Positions 1 to 10,322 of a DNA stretch of 33,000 nt are shown piece after piece. The position numbers were made by a program, and so were the translations under genes. Position 1 is the stretch's first letter. The number at the start of each line of letters is the position of its first letter. The notes under the pieces were generated by a model. That model was given only the letters and a program-made list of their open reading frames with translations. It was not told the DNA's origin and ran no database searches. The stretch lies in contig RDEW01000007.1 in NCBI GenBank assembly GCA_011109175.1, forward strand, positions 867,712 to 900,711, read 5' to 3'. The stretch is from Dicyema japonicum (lineage: Eukaryota > Animalia > Dicyemida).

Positions 1-245
1 TTATGAGTGCTTTGAGTGTCTCTGACAAACCAACTCAGAGGATTCCCCAGAGAGGAGAAAGCCCCAATCAGTCGAGGTGGATAGATCGAAGCGAACCTGT
101 CATCCTTTTCCTGCCAAGTGATTTATTGTGTCTATTTTTTTAATTCTTATTTTGGTGGACCAATGAATTAAATCCATTAAAAGTATCAACGCTTGACTTA
201 TCCCGTATGCTCTTATAATGTGCACGAAGAAGTGATGGGCCTAGA

Positions 246-370
246 AGAGGTCGGTTGTCTAGTTTTTGACCTTTGCCCGAGTTCTTTAACATTTTAGAGA
301 GGTCGGGTGTCTAGTTTTTGACCTTTGAGTCGACAATCTTCTAAAATGTTGAAGAACTCGGGTAAAGGTC
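246..370. repeat. Overlapping 30-bp direct repeat and 31-bp inverted repeat
   Basis: agaggtcgg(t/g)tgtctagtttttgacctttg occurs at 246-275 and 298-327. Segment 268-298 is the reverse complement of 340-370 with 2 mismatches. Confidence 0.9.
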
Positions 371-435
371 GTCTGGCCTCAGGTGGACTAAGGATTATAG
401 ACAAATTAACGAAGTACAATTCCTAATTTTAACTA

Positions 436-808
436 ATGGAGGTTCCCTTCTTTCAAAGACAGTGCTCTGGGTCGGCTTGTGGATATGTCTGTCCAATTCT
501 TGATAGTCAACACGGAGAGAGGACGCGATGTTCAGATGCGAATGAACAGATCACTAAAATAAAGAATATCACTCAGGTGGAAAGACAGATAACCCAACGA
601 GTCAATAAGGAGTATGGATTGAAAATATCCCCTAATATACGTGTACAGAATAAAATCAAAGTTTTTATCGTTGGTTAGAAACACGGAAAATGGAGTCGAA
701 GTCCGTGGGCATGTCTCTATGAGATCACATACTACGGTAAATTGTGTCCTGTGGTACATAGGGGGGCTATAAGTACAAGATCACATGAGAGTGCTTAATA
801 ATAATAAT
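436..808 (+). mobile_element. Decayed 3' fragment of an RTE-like LINE with (TAA)n tail
   Basis: Degenerate post-RT peptides, including a GHVS remnant of the RW-GHV-R motif near 705-720. Ends in ttaataataataatca at about 795-810. Confidence 0.4.
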
Positions 809-814
809 CATTGA

Positions 815-2330
815 TTAGACAAAAGTGTTTTGCAGTCTACAAAATCTATTGAAATTTGTAAATTTTATTTCGCTCTCATTGCCACTCATCCACGAGTTTT
901 CTTTTGAGGCTTGCAAGTTCGAGATCACCCCACTCAGATTCTCATAATTCATCGAATTTATTCTAAAAAATTACAAATTAGTACGTAGAAATTGAATTTT
1001 CGTGAGAAAGATTAGAACCTCCCCACTAAGCATAAAAACGAACAGTACATTCGAAACGGACTTAAAAATGTAGCATTTTAGAAACGATATATTCTCAGCC
1101 TCCTTCGTCAGCATGCAGTACCTGTCGGTCCCAAAGTCCAGAATGACCCTGTTCTGGGAGCATCCGTACTTTGTGATAATGTTAATCGGCCACTCGTATT
1201 TTATCTGATTGTTCGTCTTCATTATTCTCACGAAATTTTTGGTGATCGACAGCATCCTGTATATCAGCTTTCCGTGTTTCACGTTTATTTCCTGGAAACG
1301 TTATTTTAGCCAGACTTTAACGGCAAAGTAGGTTGCCCCGAAAAACGCCTTGCTCTGACACTCAATAATGTACTCAGACTTGATGGTGTGAGGATCGGAT
1401 CCCCTCAGCAACTTGTATTGGTCGACAATTTTATTCTTGTGCTTCTTGTAGATCTCCGGGAGATACATTCTAATAGGACATAAATTTACTTGATCGATTC
1501 GTGGTAGTCCCCCAGGTTTATATGGCAGTGAAAAGCCGCCAGTTTTACAAGAGTAATGCCGTCCACCGACGCGGTCCCAGAAACGACATCATTAGAGATC
1601 TAGGATGTCACAATTATAGCCACGTGGTCGTAGAGAATGTCTATTTCAATCGAACTGCTTGGAATGTAGCCATTCAGGTAAAGACGTCGCTCCAGCATGA
1701 GGGTCTCATTGGGACCAACATCCTGATCAGGAAGGGTCAGATTCCCATCAATCCACGTGACTGAATATTCGTAAATTTAAGTCACCATCATTTCCAAGAT
1801 TCAGTCTGTTGAACTTAGTTTTTTTATTTTTGAAAATTTCGTAATTTTCTGCGGTTTTTTCTTTCATCAAAAAAAATTCTTTGAAATTTTTGATTCCTTA
1901 AATAAAATCAAGTCCAACCAACATTCCTGCAGAACGAGGCAACAATGAACTCCGCCGACTGACTGCAAGCATATTCAACGGTAGTAAGGGTCCCAATCCT
2001 CATTTTGATCTTAACAAGTCGCAGATTGTATTTGTACTCAAGAACACTCTATTTTAACCAAAAAGGCAAACTGATGTCTCGTCATTCAGGTAGAAGCCAA
2101 TTTTTTTGTGTGGCTGGAACCAAATCTCCTTGCCTTGGAGATGGTCGTGGATCATTAAACTGTATTCACCTGGGAATCATTCGGAAAATACTTTCTGAGA
2201 GAATCCTCAACTTTCTAACATTGGCTCGCAAAGTATCAATGACTCCTGAAACTGACATTTTGTACAATATATTGATCTTCTCATATGAGGTTGTTCCATT
2301 CACAGTGACCTTTATTTCAATTGTAGGCAT
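815..2330 (-). CDS. TLN: Talin-like FERM protein, head only (F0-F1-F2-F3 plus ~60 aa tail), ~436 aa, 9 micro-introns
   Basis: Removing GT-AG introns 2170-2191, 2049-2071, 1897-1918, 1761-1785, 1600-1623, 1470-1489, 1292-1315, 1026-1048 and 963-984 gives a 1311-nt open frame. Translation: MPTIEIKVTVNG...EIWFQPHKKIGFY...LEYKYNLRLVKIKMRIG...WIDGNLTLPDQDVGPNETLMLERRLY...LAAFHCHINLG...FFGATYFAVK...YEWPINIITKY...ILDFG...TKEAENISFL. This is colinear with the talin head as I recall it (WLDHGRTLREQGVEEHETLLLRRKF; YGVSFFLVK; EWNLTNIKRW; TLDFG; TEGEQIAQL). The last two introns are less certain. Confidence 0.85.
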
Positions 2331-3371
2331 TCTGATGGTTAAGCGGCTAATTTAATGGTTTATTATGTTTGATAAGAAGTCAACCTTCTTATTTAATTAA
2401 TATTTTTAAATTTAAATATAAAACAAATAAATTAATTTGATTTAAATTACATTTATTTGAGGTTTGTTAATTGATTTTTGTGTTAATAAAATTGTTAGTT
2501 AATAAAATATGATTTGCAATTTAACGATTTTATGTCCTCAAATTAGATATTCTGCCAAATCAATTGATGCATTAATGAATCTTTTAACTCAATTTTTCGC
2601 AATTCTCTGTACTTTTATTTTAACTGATATTGAAATTTTTCGTTTTGTGGTTATGATGGTGAAGCCCAGTTGCCCAGTTTTCTGTGCAAAGTTGAGCTGC
2701 TGACGTAGCTATATACACTTAATGTCCCCATTGATGAAACTGGATATAACTTCTTCCGCTTTTTAATGGACTCACGAGAAACTGGAAACCTGAGTGTTGA
2801 AACACTGAACCGTCGTATGCGCCAATGTCTGGGTTCGAATCCATGGCCCATGGAACGTGAGTTAGTCTGCCTTTAGGGAATGAGGGATTTATGAATTACC
2901 AGTGGCGAACTTTTCTTACACAGCTGTTTAAAATTATTGACCGCAAAAAATTTCAAATATAATTTATCAAATTAAGTAGAAAATTTCAACCAGTAATGAC
3001 AGGAAGTCGTGGGACTACTCTTGGATCACCTACATAACTCTAATGGTTTCCGCAGGATCACTTCACGGCGGAATCTAGTAGAAGTTAAGTTAGGTCACTC
3101 TTAATCTTTAGGTTGTAAGTAGGACAACGACACATCGGCAGTGATTTCGAGCGATTTCGACCCCCCACCATATACTTTTTTCAAAATCTTTGTAAAATAC
3201 GAGATATCTTTCAACAGGACACTTCAAATGCCTTTTTATGGATTATTCAGCATTAAATTGGGTGGATAATTTTGTGGTCACTGTAACGGTAACCTTACCC
3301 TAGGATCTTTATTCAACTAGATGCGACTTTATATGACCGACAATGTAATAGATGCTGGATGCAAAGGCTCA

Positions 3372-3600
3372 TTTATTTTATTTATTTAACCCCAAGACCA
3401 CCAGGAAAGATTGGTCAAAACTAACTAAATAGGTGATCTCAGTTTCCAACAACATCCGAACTCAGAAAACTGGGGAGTTGGTAGGCCACCCTTCTGAAGA
3501 TCGCAGAAAGGTAGGGAAAGTTCCATGCAGAACTTGCACTGATCGCCACCACAAAAACAGGTGAACCGCATGACGCCACGTTTTAAAATTACAAAGGCTC
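3372..3600 (-). mobile_element. LINE 3'-end remnant, same family as 5345-5905 and 6265-6772
   Basis: Reverse complement ends gagatcacctatttagttagttttgacc...gtggtcttggggttaaataaataaa, which matches the 3' end of the copy at about 6710-6770. Confidence 0.55.
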
Positions 3601-4949
3601 ATGAGTGGGGTAAGTTGTTTCGAGGACTTAAAAAATGTATTAGCGCTAAAAATTATTAAATATAGCATCTAAATAATAAAATCTAGTAAAAATATTTATT
3701 TATTTAGAGATAGATAGAATAAATAATAAAATTATTCCAAAGATCAAGGGTAAAACCAAATTGACTAACTCCTTGATCCTACACGTTCCAGCGATTCCAA
3801 AACAAATAACACAATTGTCTCCTGGTGGAAAAAATTTACAAATTAAAGAATCTTATTTATTATAATAAAATTTAATGTTTAACATTATTTTTATAAAGTT
3901 CCTATAATTTTTAAATATTAAGAATTTTAATAATTATTTATAAAGATGAAGAGGATGCTTGCCGTTGTGACAAAACAAGATGATCCTTATTGCGAATTTT
4001 TTTCTCAGCCATCTCAACAATATTTTTAAATTTATTTTGTTCCATTTTTCTATGTAATTCTTAATATCCGCCTTTTCATTTTCAAAATATAGTCATTGGA
4101 TATGCGATTAATTGAGTATTCGCACCATTTCGATGTTTGAAGAAGATCCATTATTTTTGACGAACCAACTTCCCCATAAATTAAATAAGGAGAATAGTGA
4201 CTACTACATCCGGGGATATCCAATATCCTCAAGCAAACTACGACGTGTGCGGTTTTAACTGTAGCAGCTTTAATGCTTGACATCTATTTTCTGATGTGCC
4301 ACTTTATGCGTAGAATAATATTATTTGATAAAGGAGAATATCGATTATTGTACATCACCATCAGTTTTTTACCAGAAATCACGTAAGGTGTAAGAAATTA
4401 GGTGTATATTGCATGATTTGAATTTCTCTTATTACGTCGTCTATCAAAAATGATAGCAACAGTAGCGTGAGTGTTTACACTACACTTTTTTTATTTTTTA
4501 TGTGGGAGTAATTATACTTGTGCATGCAAATTCAGAAGAATATTGAATGTTTTAAACATTTTCTTGACGCAATCATAACTTGTGAAAGGAAGCTTTCGCA
4601 ACAGCTTCTGCGATTGTTTCTTTAAGTGAGGATAGTTCAGTTGTTTTAGCTAAAGTAGTTTGTACTGCCCTGGTTATCTAAAATTGATTCACAGTTATAC
4701 TAAATTCCTTTGATGTTTTAAGATTGAAAGATGAGAATCAACCGGAAATTTTGTAGAACAGTTATAAGCAAATATATTGATTTCCATCATCGGTAGTGCA
4801 GATTTCATTTTTGAATAGAGACTATACTTCTAGCTTTTTTAAGAGTGAACACCAGGTTTGGCATAACTAGAGAGATTTTTAACTAGTGTGGTAAATAATT
4901 CGATTATTTTTTATGTTTGACACTTTGTTTGTTTCACTCACTGTTGAGA

Positions 4950-5125
4950 TGTCTGGTTCCCTTGCGCCTTCGACGCTGGAATTCTAGAGTTGTCTAAGGA
5001 TTCGGATTTCTACACGACCAGGAGATCCTTGTGATCACTGCTGGTTATTTGAGTCAATCTCGTTTGCCATCCTGGGAGGATAGTAACACAGGCGGCCGAT
5101 ATATGACCATTTGTTGCACTTTTTT
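4950..5125 (+). mobile_element. CRE-clade non-LTR retrotransposon 3' end remnant
   Basis: Translates GDPCDHCWLFESISFAILGG, resembling the CRE C-terminal TGDPR..FL.QRIS.AIQRGNA motif. Homologous to 16138-16212. Confidence 0.5.
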
Positions 5126-5285
5126 CGTAGTAAATTCAGAATGTTTGACACTCAAAAAAATTAGAAAATATAAATTATTTTTAGCAGTTAGCATTTATTT
5201 TTTTACGTAGTAAATTCAGAATGTTTGACACTCAAAAAAATTAAAAAATATAAATTATTTTTAGCAGTTAGCATTTATTTTTTTT
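5126..5285. repeat. 80-bp tandem duplication (2 copies)
   Basis: cgtagtaaattcagaatgtttgacactc...gcatttatttttt at 5126-5205 and 5206-5285, about 2 differences. Confidence 0.95.
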
Positions 5286-5344
5286 TAATATTATAAAGTA
5301 TAATAGGTTTTTAATGAATAAAACAAAAAAATTACTTTTATCTT

Positions 5345-5905
5345 ATTTTAATAATAAACAGTCACCTTGATGTTGAACAAGGTCGGCATCCTTTTCAACA
5401 GATGTCAAAGGATCTTGGGTGTGACAATTGATATGCATCTCTGTTTTACACGTAGAAAATATTATATTGAATTGAGAGAAAAAACTGAACGTATTTAAAA
5501 GTTTATCGGAAATATGGATGAGTGGTACTCACCCAGTCTTGGTGAACGTGTACAAGCAGTACATAGAGTCATGCTTCTCATATGCATGCGCCTCGTCCAC
5601 ATCTTGGACAAATATGAGGAAAATTGAGAAAATGCAAAAGAGGGCTTACAGAGCAACAGAGCGTTGGATTTGTGGCGATCACCGAACCGGACCTACGAGT
5701 CTTGAAGCCCTTATGAGACTAGACTTCAGATCAGGGGAATGTGGCCTTGAAAATTCAGTCAGTCGTCATGTATGTTTATGGGCGAACACGAGGGAAGAAC
5801 ACCTGGCAAAGATGAGGTCGCTGTTAGAATGGATCAGGATCACGTGATAATTAGTTTGGTTTTACCGTGGGCTTAAGTTGTTAAATAATAATAATAAAAT
5901 AAAAA
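5345..5905 (+). mobile_element. 5'-truncated LINE (I/Jockey-like) 3' end, copy A
   Basis: RT thumb/post-RT motifs RILGVTIDMHLCF, KLNVFK, VYKQYIESCFSYA, KIEKMQKRAYR. One frameshift. AT-rich TAA tail at about 5885-5905. Confidence 0.75.
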
Positions 5906-6264
5906 AATTTAGCATTATAGCATTTAAATTGCCATACTTATTAACCTTCACGTGTGACTTGTCGATGTTGTTGGCGAATGTTGGAACACAACATTATGTA
6001 AGAAAATGCTTACTTCACGACATATGCTTGCTAGCCACACCAGGAAAGCTCTAGATAAAGGGGCGTTAAAAGTTAATATTCTTCACGCGTTATCCGTGGA
6101 TAGCGATAATGAAAGTAACTGATGCATTCTCTGAAGGTTTTTAATGAAGAAAGTTATTCAAAAATGCGGGCTATCGTGATTAGCCAGCCTGGCTCAAGGA
6201 CTTCATAATGTTTAAAAGAGTACTGAGCATTAAAGGACGGAGTTGTAGGGATGTATCAAAGGAG

Positions 6265-6772
6265 TGTACCACCTCCACGTGCTGTCGAGGATATTGGGAG
6301 TGACATTTGATATGAACCTTTGTTCATCACCCCATATTGAAAACATACAAAATGAGAAAGGAAAATTAATATTCGAAGACTTTATCTGGAATATGGAAGG
6401 TCGGTACCTGAAGAACATATACAACCAGTACATCGAGGCATCTATCTCGCATGCATGAGCTTCGTGGGTTCCTCCATCTCATATACAAATAAAAGAAAAG
6501 TGGAGGAAATGCAAAAAAAGGCGTTCAGAATTACGGAGCGATGGACTCGTGGGGAACATGGATCCGGACCGACTCCTCTGGATATCCTCATGCGGCTAGA
6601 TTCTGGAATGAGTCAAAGCACCTCTGCAAACAGTTGCCCAATACGTACCTGTGTGGGATCGAGAGAGGAACATTGGGCAAAGATGAGGACTTTATTCGAA
6701 CATATCGGGATCACGTGATAGTTAGTTTCGATTTTTGACCGTGGTCTTGGGGTGTTTGAATAAATAATAAAC
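6265..6772 (+). mobile_element. 5'-truncated LINE 3' end, copy B
   Basis: RILGVTFDMNLCSSPHIENI, IYNQYIEASIS, KVEEMQKKAFR...EEHWAKMRTLFEHIGIT*. Clearly paralogous to copy A (EEHLAKMRSLLEWIRIT*). Frameshifted. Confidence 0.75.
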
Positions 6773-7045
6773 ACTGGGGGAGTTTGAATCAAGAATACAT
6801 TTTGTCATGGAGAAGACTAGAGGCCCCAGCGTGTCCCTGTGCTGGACAATCATCTGTAAGCAGATGATATCTATCCAGAACATGAGAACAAGTTTAGAGA
6901 TTTCTGGAGCCATTATGTCTCAGGAAGACAACCGCATTGAACGAACCCTAACTAGAAACTTTTGAGGCGAATAAGGATTTTGGCGCACGAACGACAATTA
7001 CAGTCCATTCATGAGAGTAATTGGACGAATCTCCCCAAACGTATA

Positions 7046-7330
7046 TTTATTAACCCAAAAAATATAAAGAAAAAAATATCAAAACCGGCTAATTAAGTGA
7101 TCTCAGTATTCCTTATACCTTCTCCTTGACCAAATCCACTAATGAAGACTACCAGTATGAAAACTTTTCTACTAAGGAATGATGTCTGCGACTGTAAGGC
7201 GTGTGATGAAAATGGAGGAGGGTTGACCTACTTCTCCACCTCTCTTCTCAAGTGGAAGCCTCTACTGGACTATTTTTGGATGAATTTGGGCACGCAGGAG
7301 TTCTCCCTTGAGTTCCTTCCTTGAATTAAT
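7046..7330 (-). mobile_element. LINE 3'-end remnant
   Basis: Reverse complement ends gagatcacttaattagccggttttga...gggttaataaata, similar to the termini of copies A and B. Confidence 0.4.
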
Positions 7331-7478
7331 TAGTTGTGACTGCCAAAATACTTGGGAATATTTTGGAAGGACAATAAATGTCTTAACAGGGAATTCTATC
7401 ATTCAGATTAAATATATTATTGTGTTTAAATTAATAATTATATTTAATTTAAATATTTTAATAAACATTTTTTGTGGC

Positions 7479-8224
7479 ATGATAACCCCCAAAGTTCCCG
7501 CCCATAGATCCACCTATGATACAGTTTATGAACCAAGTAGCGATACTTTCTTTATGCTGGACGCTCTGGAGAGTGATTTGTTGTCTATCAGAAAAATCAA
7601 GTACTAAAATGAATAATTTTTGACCCCTTATTTGCCTCGAAGTTGGAAGTGGAAGTGGGACAATAATAACCTCATTAGCACGTGCACTAGGAAGATCCTC
7701 TCATTTCATGTATTTAGTCAGTTTACTCAGGTGCTGCGATATCAACAAAAATGCGTGTCTTCTCTCATTAAAAACGTCCAACCATAACCACGTGGTTGTA
7801 GACTGTGTAAGGAGTGACCTGGTATGTGGATTTTAAATATCTTTAAGCTTATGGGGTTTCACGATCTGTTCTCCATTGACGTGATTGTCTTCAATCCCCC
7901 ATACGTTGAAACAGAAGATAATGATTCAGTTCGTTTCCATGGTGATTTTAGCTTGATTGTGACGGAATTGACCGCTCATTTGCCGGGGGACCGTTCGGGA
8001 GGAAAGTGATCGACAGAGTTCTCCCCATGGTGGGTAAACTTTTGTCGAGAGATGGTGTTTTTTATTTACTGACTATTTCGTATAATAATATTGGTTGGAC
8101 TAAAGGTCTTATTTCAGAGGAGATCAAACGTGTAATGAGAGGGTTGGGGTTTGATGCCAAGATTGTTAGAAAGGGAAATGAATGTGGAGAGAACCTGGCA
8201 GTGACAAAATTTTATAGATATTAA
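7479..8224 (+). CDS. N6AMT1: HemK2/N6AMT1 (eRF1 glutamine methyltransferase, Mtq2 family), ~209 aa, 5 micro-introns
   Basis: Introns 7601-7622 (GT..TG), 7710-7730, 7822-7847, 7929-7951 and 8094-8117. Motifs VYEPSSDTFFMLDALE, CLEVGSGSG, CCDIN, VFNPPY, FAGGPFGRKVIDR, LSRDGVFYLL. Spliced length 630 nt. Confidence 0.93.
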
Positions 8225-8479
8225 GTTTTACGAATATTTTACAATAACATTTTTTGGATTTATTTTGTATAATTTCGGCCTTGTGTGGATGGTTGAGGGG
8301 TGACGTAGGTATGTTTGGTGTCCTTATCTGCCCAATATGAAAGTTGCTCCTTTTTAAAATCGAGAGACTTCGGGCGCAAGGAAGCTTAGGATGCACATAT
8401 TGTAAGTTAGAATCTCGTCAGGCCCAAATTGGAGGACCCTGATATGTTTGTCTTGAGGAGGAGCTGAAATTAATAGAGT

Positions 8480-8790
8480 CACCCAACAAAGGAAATCTGA
8501 ACATCGGAGGCACTCTGCTCCCACAGATGACTCACAGTACGGGTAGAGACCTCAATACGACTCGGTATTGACATTGTTTTTCGAGTTTACCAAGATACGG
8601 CAGTGGGTTAGAGTACAGGTAGGGAACGGGACCTCACGGGAATTCGAAAACATCAATTGATTCCCAATCTCCACTGTTTTGGTTTTTATTAAAAGACGGC
8701 ATTCCGTAATTTTATAAAACTGACAAAAATAATTACCGAAATAACGTACGTGGACGATGTCGACTTGATATCTGACGACGAAACGGGCTT
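8480..8790 (+). mobile_element. Decayed LINE reverse transcriptase fragment (RTE-like)
   Basis: VRVQVGNGTSREF followed by ITYVDDVDLISDDETGL (YxDD motif). Stops and frameshifts present. Confidence 0.6.
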
Positions 8791-9029
8791 AAGGTGAGAT
8801 CTCGAACCCCTTACAAAAATTATTCCTTTTGGTAGACCAAAAAAACGATTTCTTCATCACCCCACCACATTTCATACACAAAAGTTTACGTTGGTCCTTT
8901 GGATTTTGAATACAACCATAAGATAAATACAGGTGTTTGATGTGCGCCAAATTTTTCCAAAAATAAGCCTTCCAAAAAATTACACAAAACTTACGACTGC
9001 CAAAAAGTCTAAATATTGCGACCAAACTA

Positions 9030-9190
9030 ATTAATCCCGTCATCCTGACGCGTCCAGTAAAATCCTCATTTGTAATCCAGAGGTTATTGTCCAGGATGTT
9101 GAGGTCAAAGGCAGAACTCATCTCCAGGGAGTGACTAGTCTCCAGTGAACGGATATATTTAACGTTGGTACTATAATCAACAATAACCAT
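9030..9190 (-). mobile_element. LINE C-terminal remnant, homologous to 22760-22890
   Basis: atcctgacgcg(t)tccagtaaaa...gttgaggtc.aag.cagaactc is shared with 22768-22860. ETSHSL resembles the ETxxHxL zinc-knuckle remnant. Confidence 0.5.
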
Positions 9191-10135
9191 GACTCATTTT
9201 TAAGATCTAATTTTGACAAAAATACACTTTTTTTGAAGTTGGCACATAACATTAATCCAGTACAATTCAAAATGATTCGCGTGAGTATACTCCGACAAAA
9301 GTAAATAACAAAATATAACTATCATTTACCCTCTAAACAGCCGTGTGATAAAATTGCTTGATTTTGTAATTTTCATCACTGTCCTGCCTTTTCAGACATT
9401 TTTTTCAGACTCTCATTTCTGATGATGGGCTTTCCATTTTCGGATTATCACTAAGCGGCTTAATGCTGTACAAAAATTGTTATATTAACTTTGATAAAAA
9501 AAATTATTTTATTTTTAAATACAAAAACACTTAAAACTATTGAGTTCCTTTTAGTCAAGGCTGGTCTGTCTCGGAATTGAAAACCCAACTTAGTAAGCCA
9601 GCTCCTTTCTCAAATATCTTTTTCCATCTTGTGATAGGCGATCAATACGGTTCATCGGGGTCGGTGATCTTCCAGGATAAACAAACATATTCTTCGATGT
9701 GCTCGGACCCAATACGACAAGGTTTATCAGGCTGATCGGGCATTTGCAGGAGTCCGGAAGAAATATCCTAGGATGACACTAAATTAATAGTGAGAATGCT
9801 TTTATGTGCTTTCGATAATTAAAAAGAATCAGACTCAGGGAAATTTAGAGTCCCAATTAATAATAAAATTAAAAAAAATAGTTTTTACAAAAAAGCTAAA
9901 AAGTTGTAAATCATCGCAATAAGAACCCAATAATCTCATTCAGACTGACCTATAAAGCTTTAAACTATAGTGTGATGATTTCGAATGTGGATTAAGAAGG
10001 AATAGTAATTTTAAACGTGTTTACTATTTTATTTTTTTATTAAAATAATTATTTTTTTAATGAAAGTAAAATGGCATTTATGGCAAAAATTGCCCTAGTT
10101 ATAACAGATTAAGGCACTTTCAGGAAAAGATGGTT

Positions 10136-10270
10136 GAAATAGATTCATCCAAATTTAAAGGGTCCTCTGAACAACTGCACGTATGAAATAGATTCATCCA
10201 AATTTTCCTCTGAACAACTGCATATGAATAGATTCATCAAATTTAAAGGTCCTCTTTAATATAACTGCCT
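10136..10270. repeat. Degenerate minisatellite, 3 units of 41-49 bp
   Basis: Core gaaatagattcatccaaattt...tcctct...aactgc repeated at 10136, 10185 and 10226. Confidence 0.9.
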
Positions 10271-10322
10271 GTCATGCGTATAATTAAAATATCAGCAAAC
10301 AATCCAAAGTTTTAGACAAATA

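Noticed and set aside
1-121. Possible last exon of a + strand gene (23-nt GT-AG at 16-38, then ...DSPERRKPQSVEVDRSKRTCHPFPAK*)
   Set aside because: Too little sequence and no recognisable motif; cannot be supported from this window.
815-2330. Kindlin instead of talin (kindlins also have F0-F3 and no rod)
   Set aside because: No PH domain inserted in F2, and the motifs follow talin.
2800-2860. tRNA or tRNA-derived SINE suggested by the B-box-like ggttcgaatcc
   Set aside because: No cloverleaf, A-box or acceptor stem could be built.
2645-2910. Gag-like peptide (YDGEAQLPSFLCKVE...)
   Set aside because: Weak resemblance only, with an internal stop and no LTR or pol nearby.
5089-5112. hAT-type TIR cagg...tatatgaccattt, also at 16176
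   Set aside because: Similarity extends upstream into a CRE C-terminal coding motif and there is no inverted partner, so it is better explained as a retroelement 3' end.
10136-10270. CRISPR-like repeat array
   Set aside because: Eukaryotic context, no unique spacers, no cas genes.
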